From Burkholderiales bacterium (GTDB lineage Bacteria; Pseudomonadota; Gammaproteobacteria; Burkholderiales; Ga0077523), in assembly GCA_044370825.1 (NCBI GenBank), contig JBILUV010000003.1, forward strand, positions 1-35,692: a stretch of 35,692 bases of DNA, written 5' to 3'. Of the stretch, positions 27,153-35,692 are shown in pieces; position 1 is the first letter of the stretch, and each line of letters opens with the position of its first letter. Below the pieces are notes generated by a model that saw only the letters and a program-made list of their open reading frames with translations, did not search any database and was not told the DNA's origin. A program made the translations under genes and the position numbers.

Positions 27153-28214
27153 ATGTCGCAAACCTCCCCCGGGCAGCCCGCCGCGCCGGCCGCCTCCGAC
27201 GACTTGTCCTTCCCCCACCCCGTCGTGCCCGAGCCCGGACAGTGGCTGGAAATTCACCCGGACGTGCGCTGGATCCGCATGCCCCTGCCCTTCGCGCTGA
27301 ATCACATCAACCTGTGGCTGCTCCGCGGTCCCCGGGGCTGGACCATCGTCGACACCGGCTACAACAGCAGCGCCACCCGCCAGGCGTGGGAACAACTGCT
27401 GCCGCATCACCCGGAACTCGAGCAGGTGCTGGTCACCCACTACCACCCCGACCACCTTGGCCAGGCCGGCTGGTTCTCCCGCGAATTCGGGCTTCCGATA
27501 CTCATGAGCGAAGCCGAGTACCTCTCCGGCCACGCCGCCTACGAGGGAACATCGGGGTTCGGACCCGACGGGCTGGCCGCCCTCTACCGCTGCCACGGCC
27601 TGGACGAGGAACGCATCGCCGCCGTCACCGCGCGCCCCACCGGCTTCCGCAACGCCATCACGCCGCCGCCCACCGCATTCCGCCGCATCCGCCACGGCGA
27701 CGTGCTGCGCCTGGGCCATCACGAATGGCGGGTCATGGTGGGCCACGGCCATGCACCCGAGCACGTCTCGTTGTATTGCGAGACCCTGGGGCTGCTGATC
27801 TCCGGCGACATGCTGCTGCCCAAGATCAGCACCAACACCAGCGTCCCCTCGACGCAACCGGAGACCGATCCGGTCGGGCAGTTCCTGTCGTCCATCCGCG
27901 AGTACCTGGCCCTCCCGGCCGATACCCTCGTGCTCCCATCCCACGGCCTGCCGTTCCGCGGCATCGCGTCGCGCGTGCAGGCGCTCGAGAACCACCACCG
28001 CGACCGGCTCGACGAAGTGATGGGCGCCTGCGCCGAGCCCAGGACGGCGGCAGACATCATGCCGGTGCTGTTCCGCCGCGAGCTCGACATCCACCAGCTG
28101 TTCTTCGCCATGGGCGAGGCCATCGCGCATCTCAATCACCTGTTCCAGCAGGGCCGCGTCACCCGCACCACCGGACCCGATGGCGTGCATCGTTTCCAGG
28201 CATCCCCCACCTGA
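27153..28214 (+). CDS. MBL-fold metallo-hydrolase
   Basis: RMPLPFALNHIN.WLL, VDTG, THYHPDH, GHAPEH, SGDMLLP.IS, LVLPSHG.PF. Confidence 0.92.
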   Translation: MSQTSPGQPAAPAASDDLSFPHPVVPEPGQWLEIHPDVRWIRMPLPFALNHINLWLLRGPRGWTIVDTGYNSSATRQAWEQLLPHHPELEQVLVTHYHPDHLGQAGWFSREFGLPILMSEAEYLSGHAAYEGTSGFGPDGLAALYRCHGLDEERIAAVTARPTGFRNAITPPPTAFRRIRHGDVLRLGHHEWRVMVGHGHAPEHVSLYCETLGLLISGDMLLPKISTNTSVPSTQPETDPVGQFLSSIREYLALPADTLVLPSHGLPFRGIASRVQALENHHRDRLDEVMGACAEPRTAADIMPVLFRRELDIHQLFFAMGEAIAHLNHLFQQGRVTRTTGPDGVHRFQASPT

Positions 28215-28230
28215 CCGCAGGAGGACTCCC

Positions 28231-30852
28231 ATGGCTGAGCCGCAACCCGCGAAGGCGATCGACCCCCAGGAACTGCAGCAGGCCTTGGCGCGCATCGCCG
28301 AGCGCTCGGCGACCGTGGCGGCAAAGTTCCTCGAGAGCCAGCCCCACGTGGACATGGCCCGCAACATCGGTGACCTGGGCATCGACAAGGCCTTCGCCGA
28401 CCTCGGTGCCCGGCTGCTGTCCGACCCGGCGCGGCTGGCCCAGCTGCAGATGCGCGCCTGGGAAGACTTCCTCAAGCTGTGGACCGCCACGCTCACCCGG
28501 GTCCAGGGCGGGACGGCGCCCGCCGTGAAGGAACCCGCCCGCGGCGACAACCGCTTCCGCAGCGAGCTGTGGCAGAACAACTTCGTGTTCGACTATATCA
28601 AGCAGTCCTACCTGATCGCCGCCGAGCACATCCAGCGTGTTGTGGCCGACACCGCAGGGCTCGACGAAGCCAGTGCCCGCAAGGTGAAGTTCTTCACCCG
28701 GCAATACATCGACGCCCTGTCGCCGACCAATTTCGCCCTCACCAACCCGGACGTGCTGAAGGCCACCGCCGACTCGGGCGGCCGCAACCTGCTCAACGGG
28801 CTGAACAACCTGCTCACCGACCTCGAACGCGGGCGCGGCAAGCTGTCCATCCGCATGACCGACTACGACGCCTTCCGTCTCGGCGACAACGTCGCCGCCT
28901 CACCGGGCAAGGTGGTGTTCCAGAACGACCTCATGCAGCTGCTGCAGTACACGCCCACCACCGCCGAGGTGCATCGGGCACCCCTGGTGATCTGCCCGCC
29001 GTGGATCAACAAGTACTACATCCTCGACCTGCGGCCGAGCAATTCCTTCATCAGGTGGGCGGTGGACCAGGGCCACACGGTATTCGTCATCTCCTGGGTC
29101 AACCCGGACGAGACCCTGACCCACAAGACCTTTGACGATTACCTCTTCGAAGGCCCGCTCGCAGCGATGGAGGCGGCACGCCAGGCCACCGGCGAGGCCT
29201 CGGTGAACCTCATCGGCTACTGCCTCGGCGGCACGTTGACGGCCTGCCTGATGGCGTGGCTGGAAGCCCGCGGCCAGGCCGACAGGGTGAAGAGCGTGAC
29301 CTACTTCACGACCATGATCGACTTCACCGACCCCGGCGAACTCGGTGTGTTCGTCGACGAGCCCACGGTGGATCGCCTGGAGAAGCGCATGGCCGCCCGC
29401 GGCTACCTCGAGGGCGAGGAGATGGCCGGCACCTTCAACCTGCTGCGCGACAACGACCTGATATGGTCATTCGTGGTCAACAACTACCTCATGGGCAAGG
29501 AGCCCTTCCCGTTCGACCTGCTGTACTGGAACTCCGACGCCACGCGCATGCCGGCGAAGATGCACACCTTCTACCTGCGCAACATGTACATCCGCAACCT
29601 GCTGACGCGACATGGCGAGCTGCAGGTGGGCGGGGAGCCGATGGACCTCGCGACCGTGACCACGCCGACCTACTTCATCTCGACGATGGAGGATCACATC
29701 GCGCCATGGCGCTCCACCTACGCCGGGGCGCGCCTGTTCTCCGGCCCCGTGCGCTTCGTGCTCGGCGGCTCTGGACACATCGCGGGTATCGTCAACCCGC
29801 CGGCGGCCAACAAGTACTGCTTCTGGACCAACGAGGCGATGCCGGAGGCGGCGGCGGACTGGCTCACGAGCGCCGACCGGCACGAGGGGTCCTGGTGGAA
29901 CGACTGGAACACCTGGATCTCGGCCTTCTCCGGCGGCAAGGTGCCCGCGAGGACGCCTGGCGACCGCGCCCTGCGCGTGATAGAGGACGCCCCGGGCGCG
30001 TTCGCGAAGGTGCGGCTGGACGGCGCCGGCAAGGCGGCGACAGAGGGCGCGCGGAACACCACCCCGCCGGCAGCGACCCCTGCCCCGGCGCCGACATCCG
30101 TCGCATCATCGACGATGCCGGCGGATGACGCACCCGCGCCCCGAAAGACAGCGGCAGCCGCGCGGACAGCGCCGTCGGACGCGGTGTCGACCGCCCCAGC
30201 CGCACCCGCCGGGTCCGCGGCAGACAAGCCGACCGCCCGACGCAGTGCCAGGCGCAAGCCCGCGGCGACGGTCTCTGCGCCGGCGCCCGCCCGTGCACCG
30301 AGCGGCGGCGGGACGACGACGGCAGCCCGCGTCACGCCCCCGAGCCCGGCGACCACGCCGCGCGTCCCGGCACGCCCGAAAGCCGGTGCGACCGGGTCGG
30401 TCGCCAAGGCCGCACCAGCCCCCGCCAGACCCAAGCCCGCACCGCAAGCCGCCAGCGGCGCCACCGCTGCGATCACGCGCAAGCCTCGAGCCGCGGGCGC
30501 CGCCGCGGCGACGGCGCCCGCAACGACGGGATCGACCGCCGGGACGAAACCCGTTACCGCCCGGCCTGCCACGACCAGGACCCCGCCGGCTGCATCACCG
30601 ACCATCGGCAAATCGGCCGTGAAACCAGTCAGCGCGCCTGGCAGAACGCGGTCGAAACCCGCCGCTGCGCCGGGCAGGAGCCCTGCGCCCTCCGCCACCC
30701 CGCCCTCCGGCGCCGCAGGCATGATCAGCGAGCTGTTCCGACAGCAGGGCAAGCCGGGTAGCCCGCGCCCCGGCCAGACGCCCCTGGCGCCCACGCCTGT
30801 CCCGGCGAAAGGCAAAGCCAAGACCAAGGCCGGCAAGGCGAAGCGCAAGTGA
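28231..30852 (+). CDS. phaC: Class I polyhydroxyalkanoate synthase with ~276-aa low-complexity C-terminal extension
   Basis: DNRF, SPTNF..TNP, PPWINKYYILDL, lipase box GYCLGG, FDLLYWNSD, EDHIAPW, SGHIAGIVNPP, GSWW.DW..W, EDAPG; RBS AGGAGG before ATG 28231; frame open to TGA at 30850-30852. Confidence 0.95.
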   Translation: MAEPQPAKAIDPQELQQALARIAERSATVAAKFLESQPHVDMARNIGDLGIDKAFADLGARLLSDPARLAQLQMRAWEDFLKLWTATLTRVQGGTAPAVKEPARGDNRFRSELWQNNFVFDYIKQSYLIAAEHIQRVVADTAGLDEASARKVKFFTRQYIDALSPTNFALTNPDVLKATADSGGRNLLNGLNNLLTDLERGRGKLSIRMTDYDAFRLGDNVAASPGKVVFQNDLMQLLQYTPTTAEVHRAPLVICPPWINKYYILDLRPSNSFIRWAVDQGHTVFVISWVNPDETLTHKTFDDYLFEGPLAAMEAARQATGEASVNLIGYCLGGTLTACLMAWLEARGQADRVKSVTYFTTMIDFTDPGELGVFVDEPTVDRLEKRMAARGYLEGEEMAGTFNLLRDNDLIWSFVVNNYLMGKEPFPFDLLYWNSDATRMPAKMHTFYLRNMYIRNLLTRHGELQVGGEPMDLATVTTPTYFISTMEDHIAPWRSTYAGARLFSGPVRFVLGGSGHIAGIVNPPAANKYCFWTNEAMPEAAADWLTSADRHEGSWWNDWNTWISAFSGGKVPARTPGDRALRVIEDAPGAFAKVRLDGAGKAATEGARNTTPPAATPAPAPTSVASSTMPADDAPAPRKTAAAARTAPSDAVSTAPAAPAGSAADKPTARRSARRKPAATVSAPAPARAPSGGGTTTAARVTPPSPATTPRVPARPKAGATGSVAKAAPAPARPKPAPQAASGATAAITRKPRAAGAAAATAPATTGSTAGTKPVTARPATTRTPPAASPTIGKSAVKPVSAPGRTRSKPAAAPGRSPAPSATPPSGAAGMISELFRQQGKPGSPRPGQTPLAPTPVPAKGKAKTKAGKAKRK

Positions 30853-30915
30853 CCCGCGGCCGGCGGGTGGAGCGCTGACGTCGTCTGCATCCGGCCCAGG
30901 GGTAGCCCGGCATCG

Positions 30916-32058
30916 ATGATCGACCCGAGGCTGATCGCGCTTTGCCTGGGCAATGTGGTCGTCGGTACGGGCACCATGGTCGTGCCGGGCACTCTGCCTG
31001 CCCTGACCCGGGGGTTGGGGATCGACCTCCCCGCCGGCGGGCGGCTGATCGCCGCCTTCGCGGCAACAGTGTGCGTCATGACGCCGCTTCTCGCCGCGTG
31101 GCTGAGCCGGATGGACCGCCGGGTCCTGCTCACTGCCGCCCTACTGGTGTTCGCCGCCGGTCATGCCGCCTCGGCGCTGGCCGCCTCCTACGAGTCGATG
31201 CTTGCGACGCGCGTGGCCTCGGCCCTGGTGGCCGGGCTGTTCACCTCGCAGGCAGCCGGCGTCACGCGACTGCTGGTGCCACCCGAGAGGCAGGGCGGTG
31301 CCGTCGCCTTCGTGTTCCTCGGCTGGGGCATCGCCGCCGTAGCCGGAACACCCCTGACCGCCTGGATGGCCCAGACCGTCGGCTGGCGGGCCGCCTTCTG
31401 GCTGGTGGCCGTCGCCGCCGCCCTGCAGGCCGCCTGGGTGTGGCGCGGGCTACCGGCACGGCTGCACACGCCCGCCATCGACAGCGCGGCGTGGCGGGCT
31501 CTGGTCCGTGACCGGGCCCTGCCCGCCCTGGTGGCGCTGACGGCCATCCATTCCTGGGCGCAGTTCATCCTGTTCGCCTACCTCACGCCAGTGCTCGAGC
31601 AACGCACCGGCGCCGGCACCACCCTGGTGGCGCTCGCCCTGGGTCTGTTCGGTCTGTGCGGCATCGCCGGCAACGTCGTCGCCATGCGTCTGATGGACCG
31701 CATCAGTCCGCGACACGCGACCACGCTCGCCATCGGCTGCATGTTTGCGGGACAGGTGGTCATCGCCGCCGGGGGATTCGGCGCGCTGCCGATGCTGCTT
31801 GGCCTGTCTCTCTTGGGCCTGGGCTGCTTCTCCGCCAACAGCGCACAGCAGGCCCGCCTGCTGGCGGCGGCACCGGCACTGGCCTCGGTGTCGATCGCGC
31901 TGAATTCATCGGCCATCTACCTGGGGCAGGCAGCCGGCGCCGAGACCGGCGCCTGGATCATCGGCGTCGCAGGGATGGACTGGCTGCCGCGCGCAGGCCT
32001 GCCGGTGTTCGTCGTTGCGCTGGCTCTCAGTCAACGCGCGGGACGTGCTCACCGCTGA
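30916..32058 (+). CDS. MFS transporter (DHA1/AraJ-like)
   Basis: About 12 hydrophobic segments, SRMDRRVLL loop, GWRAAFW, ALNSSAIYLGQA.G. Confidence 0.88.
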   Translation: MIDPRLIALCLGNVVVGTGTMVVPGTLPALTRGLGIDLPAGGRLIAAFAATVCVMTPLLAAWLSRMDRRVLLTAALLVFAAGHAASALAASYESMLATRVASALVAGLFTSQAAGVTRLLVPPERQGGAVAFVFLGWGIAAVAGTPLTAWMAQTVGWRAAFWLVAVAAALQAAWVWRGLPARLHTPAIDSAAWRALVRDRALPALVALTAIHSWAQFILFAYLTPVLEQRTGAGTTLVALALGLFGLCGIAGNVVAMRLMDRISPRHATTLAIGCMFAGQVVIAAGGFGALPMLLGLSLLGLGCFSANSAQQARLLAAAPALASVSIALNSSAIYLGQAAGAETGAWIIGVAGMDWLPRAGLPVFVVALALSQRAGRAHR

Positions 32059-32091
32059 ATGACCAGAGCCGAGCCGGTGTCGCGGCAATGC

Positions 32092-32691
32092 TCAGCGGCT
32101 GTCGCGGGCGCGCAGTTGCTCGAACAGGGCGGCCAGCGCCTGGGCGCGATGACTGATGCCATTCTTGCGCTCCGCCGGCAACTCGGCTGCGGTGCAGCCG
32201 GAGGCGGGGAGGAAGAAGTGAGGGTCGTAGCCGAAGCCACCGTCGCCGCGCGGCTCGGCGACGATGGTGCCGTGCCAGCGGCCATGCGCGATGATGGGCT
32301 CGGGGTCATCGGCGTGGCGCAGCAGCACCATCACGCAGGCGTACCAGGCGGAGCGGTCGGCATGGCGCGCCAGCAGTGCGACCAGACGTTCGTTGTTGCG
32401 ACGGTCGTCCTTCGGCTCACCCGCGAAGCGCGCGGAGTGCACCCCTGGCTCACCGCCGAGGGCGGAAACGCACAAGCCGGAGTCGTCGGCGAGCGCGGGC
32501 AGACCGGTGACCCGGGCGGCGTGGCGCGCCTTGGCCAGCGCGTTCTCGATGAAGGTGCCGTGCGGCTCCTCGGCCTCGGTCACGCCCAGCGTCGCCTGCG
32601 GCAGCAGTTCGATGCCGAGGGGCGCGAGGATCTGCCCGATCTCGCGCAGCTTGCCGGCGTTGTTGCTGGCCACCACCAGCCGTGCGATCAC
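32092..32691 (-). CDS. rdgB: Non-canonical purine NTP pyrophosphatase (RdgB/HAM1)
   Basis: ASNNAGKLRE, TFIENALAKA, ADDSGL, PGVHSAR, GFGYDP, KNGISHR; GTG start 1 nt after the rph stop. Confidence 0.95.
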   Translation of the reverse strand: MIARLVVASNNAGKLREIGQILAPLGIELLPQATLGVTEAEEPHGTFIENALAKARHAARVTGLPALADDSGLCVSALGGEPGVHSARFAGEPKDDRRNNERLVALLARHADRSAWYACVMVLLRHADDPEPIIAHGRWHGTIVAEPRGDGGFGYDPHFFLPASGCTAAELPAERKNGISHRAQALAALFEQLRARDSR

Positions 32692-32692
32692 C

Positions 32693-33409
32693 TCACACCC
32701 CCAGCGCCGCGCGCTGTGCCCGCAACAGCGCGGCGATACCGTCCTGGGCGAGGTCAAGCATGGCGTCGAGTTCGGCGCGCGAGAAAGGCGTGCCCTCGGC
32801 CGTGCCCTGCACCTCGACCAGGCGGCCGGCGCCCGTCATCACCACGTTCATGTCTGTCTCGCAGGCCGAGTCCTCGGCGTAATCCAGATCCAGCACTGGG
32901 ACGCCGTCGACCACACCCACCGACACCGCGGCGACGAAATCATGCAGCGGCAGGCGCCCGACCCGGCCCTCGTCCAGCAGGCGGGTGAGCGCATCATGCA
33001 AGGCCACGAAAGCGCCGGTGATGCTGGCGGTGCGCGTGCCACCATCAGCCTGGAGCACGTCGCAGTCGATCTGGATGCTGCGCTCGCCCAGCCCCTCGAG
33101 GTCCACCACCGCGCGCAGGCTGCGCCCAATGAGCCGCTGGATCTCCTGCGTGCGCCCGGACTGCTTGCCACGAGCCGCCTCACGGTCCGAGCGCGTGTGG
33201 GTCGAGCGCGGCAGCATCCCGTACTCGGCCGTCACCCAGCCCTGCCCTCGCCCCTTCAGGAAGGGTGGCACCTTTTCCTCCACCGAGGCGGTGCACAGCA
33301 CACGGGTATCGCCATAGGCGATGAGCACGGAGCCCTCGGCATGCCGCGTGAAGCTGCGTTGGATGGACACGGGACGTAGTTCGTGGAAAGCGCGGCCGCT
33401 GGGTCTCAT
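32693..33409 (-). CDS. rph: Ribonuclease PH
   Basis: [61 protein letters not shown]. Confidence 0.98.
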   Translation of the reverse strand: MRPSGRAFHELRPVSIQRSFTRHAEGSVLIAYGDTRVLCTASVEEKVPPFLKGRGQGWVTAEYGMLPRSTHTRSDREAARGKQSGRTQEIQRLIGRSLRAVVDLEGLGERSIQIDCDVLQADGGTRTASITGAFVALHDALTRLLDEGRVGRLPLHDFVAAVSVGVVDGVPVLDLDYAEDSACETDMNVVMTGAGRLVEVQGTAEGTPFSRAELDAMLDLAQDGIAALLRAQRAALGV

Positions 33410-33531
33410 GGAGTCTCGGGAAGTTGACGCGGGTGTCGGAGGGACGACGGGCGGCGGGTGGCAGGCCACATGCCATGGTATCGTTCGGTGCGGATTCTCG
33501 ACGTCAACCCTCCCCCTGTAAAGCACACCCC

Positions 33532-34398
33532 ATGATCTTCAGCATGACCGGCTACGCGGCCGTGACGCGCGACCTCCCCGTCGGCACCCTGACGCTGGAA
33601 CTGCGTTCGGTCAACCACCGCTATCTGGATCTGTCGTTCCGCGCCGCGGAGGAATTCCGGGCCTTCGAGCCCGCCATGCGCGAACTGCTGGTGGCGCGTC
33701 TTTCGCGCGGCAAGCTGGAGTGCCGGATCAGCCTAAACCGCGGCACGGCAGCACCCTCGCTGCTGGAGCTGAACCGCCCGCTGCTGGACAAGCTCGCCGA
33801 GCTCGAGGCCGAGGTACTCGAACGCCTGCCCGCCGCTCCGCGGCTGGGTGTCAGCGACGTGCTGCGCTGGCCGGGAATGTTCGGCGGCGACTCCCTGCCC
33901 ATGGAGGAATTGCGCGAGACCACGCTCGGGCTGCTGGCCATGGCGCTCGAGGACTTCAGTGCCAGCCGCGGCCGCGAGGGTGGCAAGCTCACCCAGCTTC
34001 TGCTCGAGCGCGCAGGGCGGATGGACGAGCTGGTGCGCGAAGTCGCACCGCGCATCCCGCAACTGGTGGCCGCGCAGCAGGAGCGCTTCGCACAGCGCAT
34101 GCGCGAGGCCGGCGTCTCGCTCGAGGAGGAGCGCATCCGCCAGGAGGTCGTGCTCTACGCCTCGCGCATCGACGTCGACGAGGAGTTGTCCCGCCTGAAC
34201 ACCCATCTTGCAGAGTTGCGTCGCGTCCTGACCAAGGGTGGTGCGGTCGGCAAGCGGCTCGACTTCCTCATGCAGGAGTTGCACCGCGAAGCCAACACAC
34301 TGGGCTCGAAGTCGGTGGACGTGGACGTGTCGCAGACCTCCATGGAGTTGAAGGTCCTGATCGAGCAGATGCGCGAGCAGGTGCAGAACATCGAGTGA
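33532..34398 (+). CDS. yicC: YicC/YloC family endoribonuclease
   Basis: [63 protein letters not shown]. Confidence 0.96.
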   Translation: MIFSMTGYAAVTRDLPVGTLTLELRSVNHRYLDLSFRAAEEFRAFEPAMRELLVARLSRGKLECRISLNRGTAAPSLLELNRPLLDKLAELEAEVLERLPAAPRLGVSDVLRWPGMFGGDSLPMEELRETTLGLLAMALEDFSASRGREGGKLTQLLLERAGRMDELVREVAPRIPQLVAAQQERFAQRMREAGVSLEEERIRQEVVLYASRIDVDEELSRLNTHLAELRRVLTKGGAVGKRLDFLMQELHREANTLGSKSVDVDVSQTSMELKVLIEQMREQVQNIE

Positions 34399-34659
34399 GA
34401 GTTCTCGAGGCCGCCGACAAAACCAGGCGGCAGCAAGATCGACGTGCCGCGACCGCCCGGCGCGTTGGGGCGCAGATCGGTCTGGACCGCGTCGTGCAAT
34501 GGACCGGCCGCAATAGCTCCGACCACCCGATGGTCGCTGCCCATGCTACCGCCGGGGTCATGCTCCACCACTCCGGAGACAGGCCTGCCGCCGGCGGCGG
34601 TGGTGTGCACACTTGGCCTCACGCGCAGTCCGCGCGTGACAACCCCATGGAGGCCTCGA

Positions 34660-34845
34660 ATGCACAGAACCCGGATAGACATCTCCACACGCGACCGCCG
34701 CCGGCGGCCGGCACTGGCCCACGCCGCACATGTGGCCGTCAGCCTGAGGACACACCGCCGTGCGGCAACTGCCGGTCACACGGTATCCGGCGACGGAGAC
34801 GAGCCCCTTCCGGATTACCTGTGGCCCGGGGTGCCGATGGGGTGA
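34660..34845 (+). CDS. Candidate 61-aa small protein of unknown function
   Basis: GGAGG (34649-34653) 6 nt before ATG 34660; about 75% G/C third positions by hand count; no recognised family. Confidence 0.4.
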   Translation: MHRTRIDISTRDRRRRPALAHAAHVAVSLRTHRRAATAGHTVSGDGDEPLPDYLWPGVPMG

Positions 34846-35040
34846 GCTTCTCAGCCCGGCGGACATGCGCTCGAACGATCGACGGGGCGGCGCGCACACA
34901 CAGCGCCCCGCGGTCGGGGCAGGCTGGCCCGCCGGGCGCTCTTCTGGCGCCGTCCGGTTCCGGGTAGAGTGACCCTGGTCGCGACCGGCGGCCCGAAGCG
35001 GCCTGCGGCGCGGTCCTCCAGCAACTCATTCCTACCGTCC

Positions 35041-35649
35041 ATGCCAGGCAAGCTCTTCATCGTCAGCGCACCTTCCGGAGCGGGCAAGACCACGCTGGTG
35101 CGCGCCCTGCTCAACGCCGATCCCGCCGTGCGCCTGTCGGTGTCACATACCACCCGGGCCATGCGCGCCGGGGAAATCGCGGGTAAGCACTATCACTTCG
35201 TCGGCGCGGCGGAGTTCGCGGCCATGCGTGCCGCCGGAGACTTCCTGGAGAGCGCCACCGTCCATGGCAACAGCTACGGGACCAGCAGGCACTGGGTCGA
35301 GAGCTGCATGGCGGAGGAGAGCGACATCCTGCTCGAGATCGACTGGCAGGGTGCACGGCAGGTCAAGTCGCTGATGCCCGACGCCGTCGGCATCTTCATC
35401 CTGCCCCCCTCTTTGGAAGCGCTGAGCCAACGTCTGTCGAATCGTGCCACCGACACACCAGAGGTGATCGGGCGCCGTCTGGCGGCCGCCCGCTCGGAGA
35501 TAGCTCATGTCTCGGAGTTCGATTACGTTATACTGAACAATGACTTCGATGAGGCCACCCGGGATCTCGTCGCGGTCGTCCGGGCAGAGCGGCTGCGGCT
35601 TCCGAACCAGCTGACGCGCCACGGCGACCTGATCAACCGCATGAAGTGA
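35041..35649 (+). CDS. gmk: Guanylate kinase
   Basis: SAPSGAGKTT, SVSHTTR..R.GE..G.HYHF, FLESA.VHGN.YGT, LEIDWQGA.QV, IFILPPS. Confidence 0.98.
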   Translation: MPGKLFIVSAPSGAGKTTLVRALLNADPAVRLSVSHTTRAMRAGEIAGKHYHFVGAAEFAAMRAAGDFLESATVHGNSYGTSRHWVESCMAEESDILLEIDWQGARQVKSLMPDAVGIFILPPSLEALSQRLSNRATDTPEVIGRRLAAARSEIAHVSEFDYVILNNDFDEATRDLVAVVRAERLRLPNQLTRHGDLINRMK

Positions 35650-35656
35650 GACATCC

Positions 35657-35692
35657 ATGGCCCGCATCACCGTTGAAGACGCCCTGCACAGC
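35657..35692 (+). CDS. rpoZ: RNA polymerase omega subunit, 3' truncated by window
   Basis: MARITVEDAL begins 7 nt after the gmk stop; canonical gmk-rpoZ order. Confidence 0.92.
   Translation, partial: MARITVEDALHS

Noticed and set aside
27153-28214. Antibiotic-resistance reading of the MBL gene (and of vanZ at 463-879)
   Set aside because: The MBL has no signal peptide and sits in an acyl-CoA context; VanZ-like proteins are widespread and no van cluster is present.
29718-31133. 471-aa minus-strand Ala/Gly/Val-rich ORF over the PhaC tail
   Set aside because: It is the antisense mirror of the Ala/Pro/Thr codons and overlaps both the phaC core and the MFS gene.
33498-33508. TCGACGTCAAC as a second LiuR site between rph and yicC
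   Set aside because: Only one half-site; no partner arm at the 2-bp spacing.
998-35040. Upstream-extended starts in the ORF track (e.g. 998, 3825, 4543, 4568, 13345, 13899, 14318, 18514, 28180, 33424, 34969)
   Set aside because: Extensions are low-complexity, often overlap neighbours and precede the conserved N-termini; downstream starts were chosen.
34399-35040. tRNA, attachment site, IS remnant or CRISPR array in the yicC-gmk gap
   Set aside because: No cloverleaf with T-loop motif, terminal inverted repeats, transposase fragment or regularly spaced direct repeats were seen.

Overview
GC-rich chromosomal window, probably from a betaproteobacterium (inferred from gene order and protein style). 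No rRNA, tRNA, CRISPR array, transposase or phage gene was seen. The left part (1-10.1 kb) holds the 3' end of recQ, vanZ, an orphan Tat-exported betaine-type binding protein, a Tat small subunit plus GMC flavoprotein pair, a stand-alone FtsH paralog, a cupin, an HI0933-family flavoprotein and an orphan di-heme c protein. The centre (10.2-27.1 kb, all minus strand) is an extended leucine/isovalerate catabolic cluster: liuR, ivd, aceK, thiolase, accessory genes, MCC beta, TfoX_C, hydratase, MCC alpha, HMG-CoA lyase, DUF1289, DUF2889, a CoA-transferase and an amidase. A clear LiuR palindrome overlaps a sigma70 promoter upstream of ivd. Divergent from liuR are an MBL hydrolase and a class I PHA synthase with an unusual ~276-aa basic Ala/Pro/Thr-rich tail (best candidate for something new), then an MFS transporter. 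The right end is rdgB-rph / yicC-gmk-rpoZ, with an unexplained ~640-bp insert between yicC and gmk containing a candidate 61-aa ORF. All family assignments come from motif recognition by eye, not database searches.
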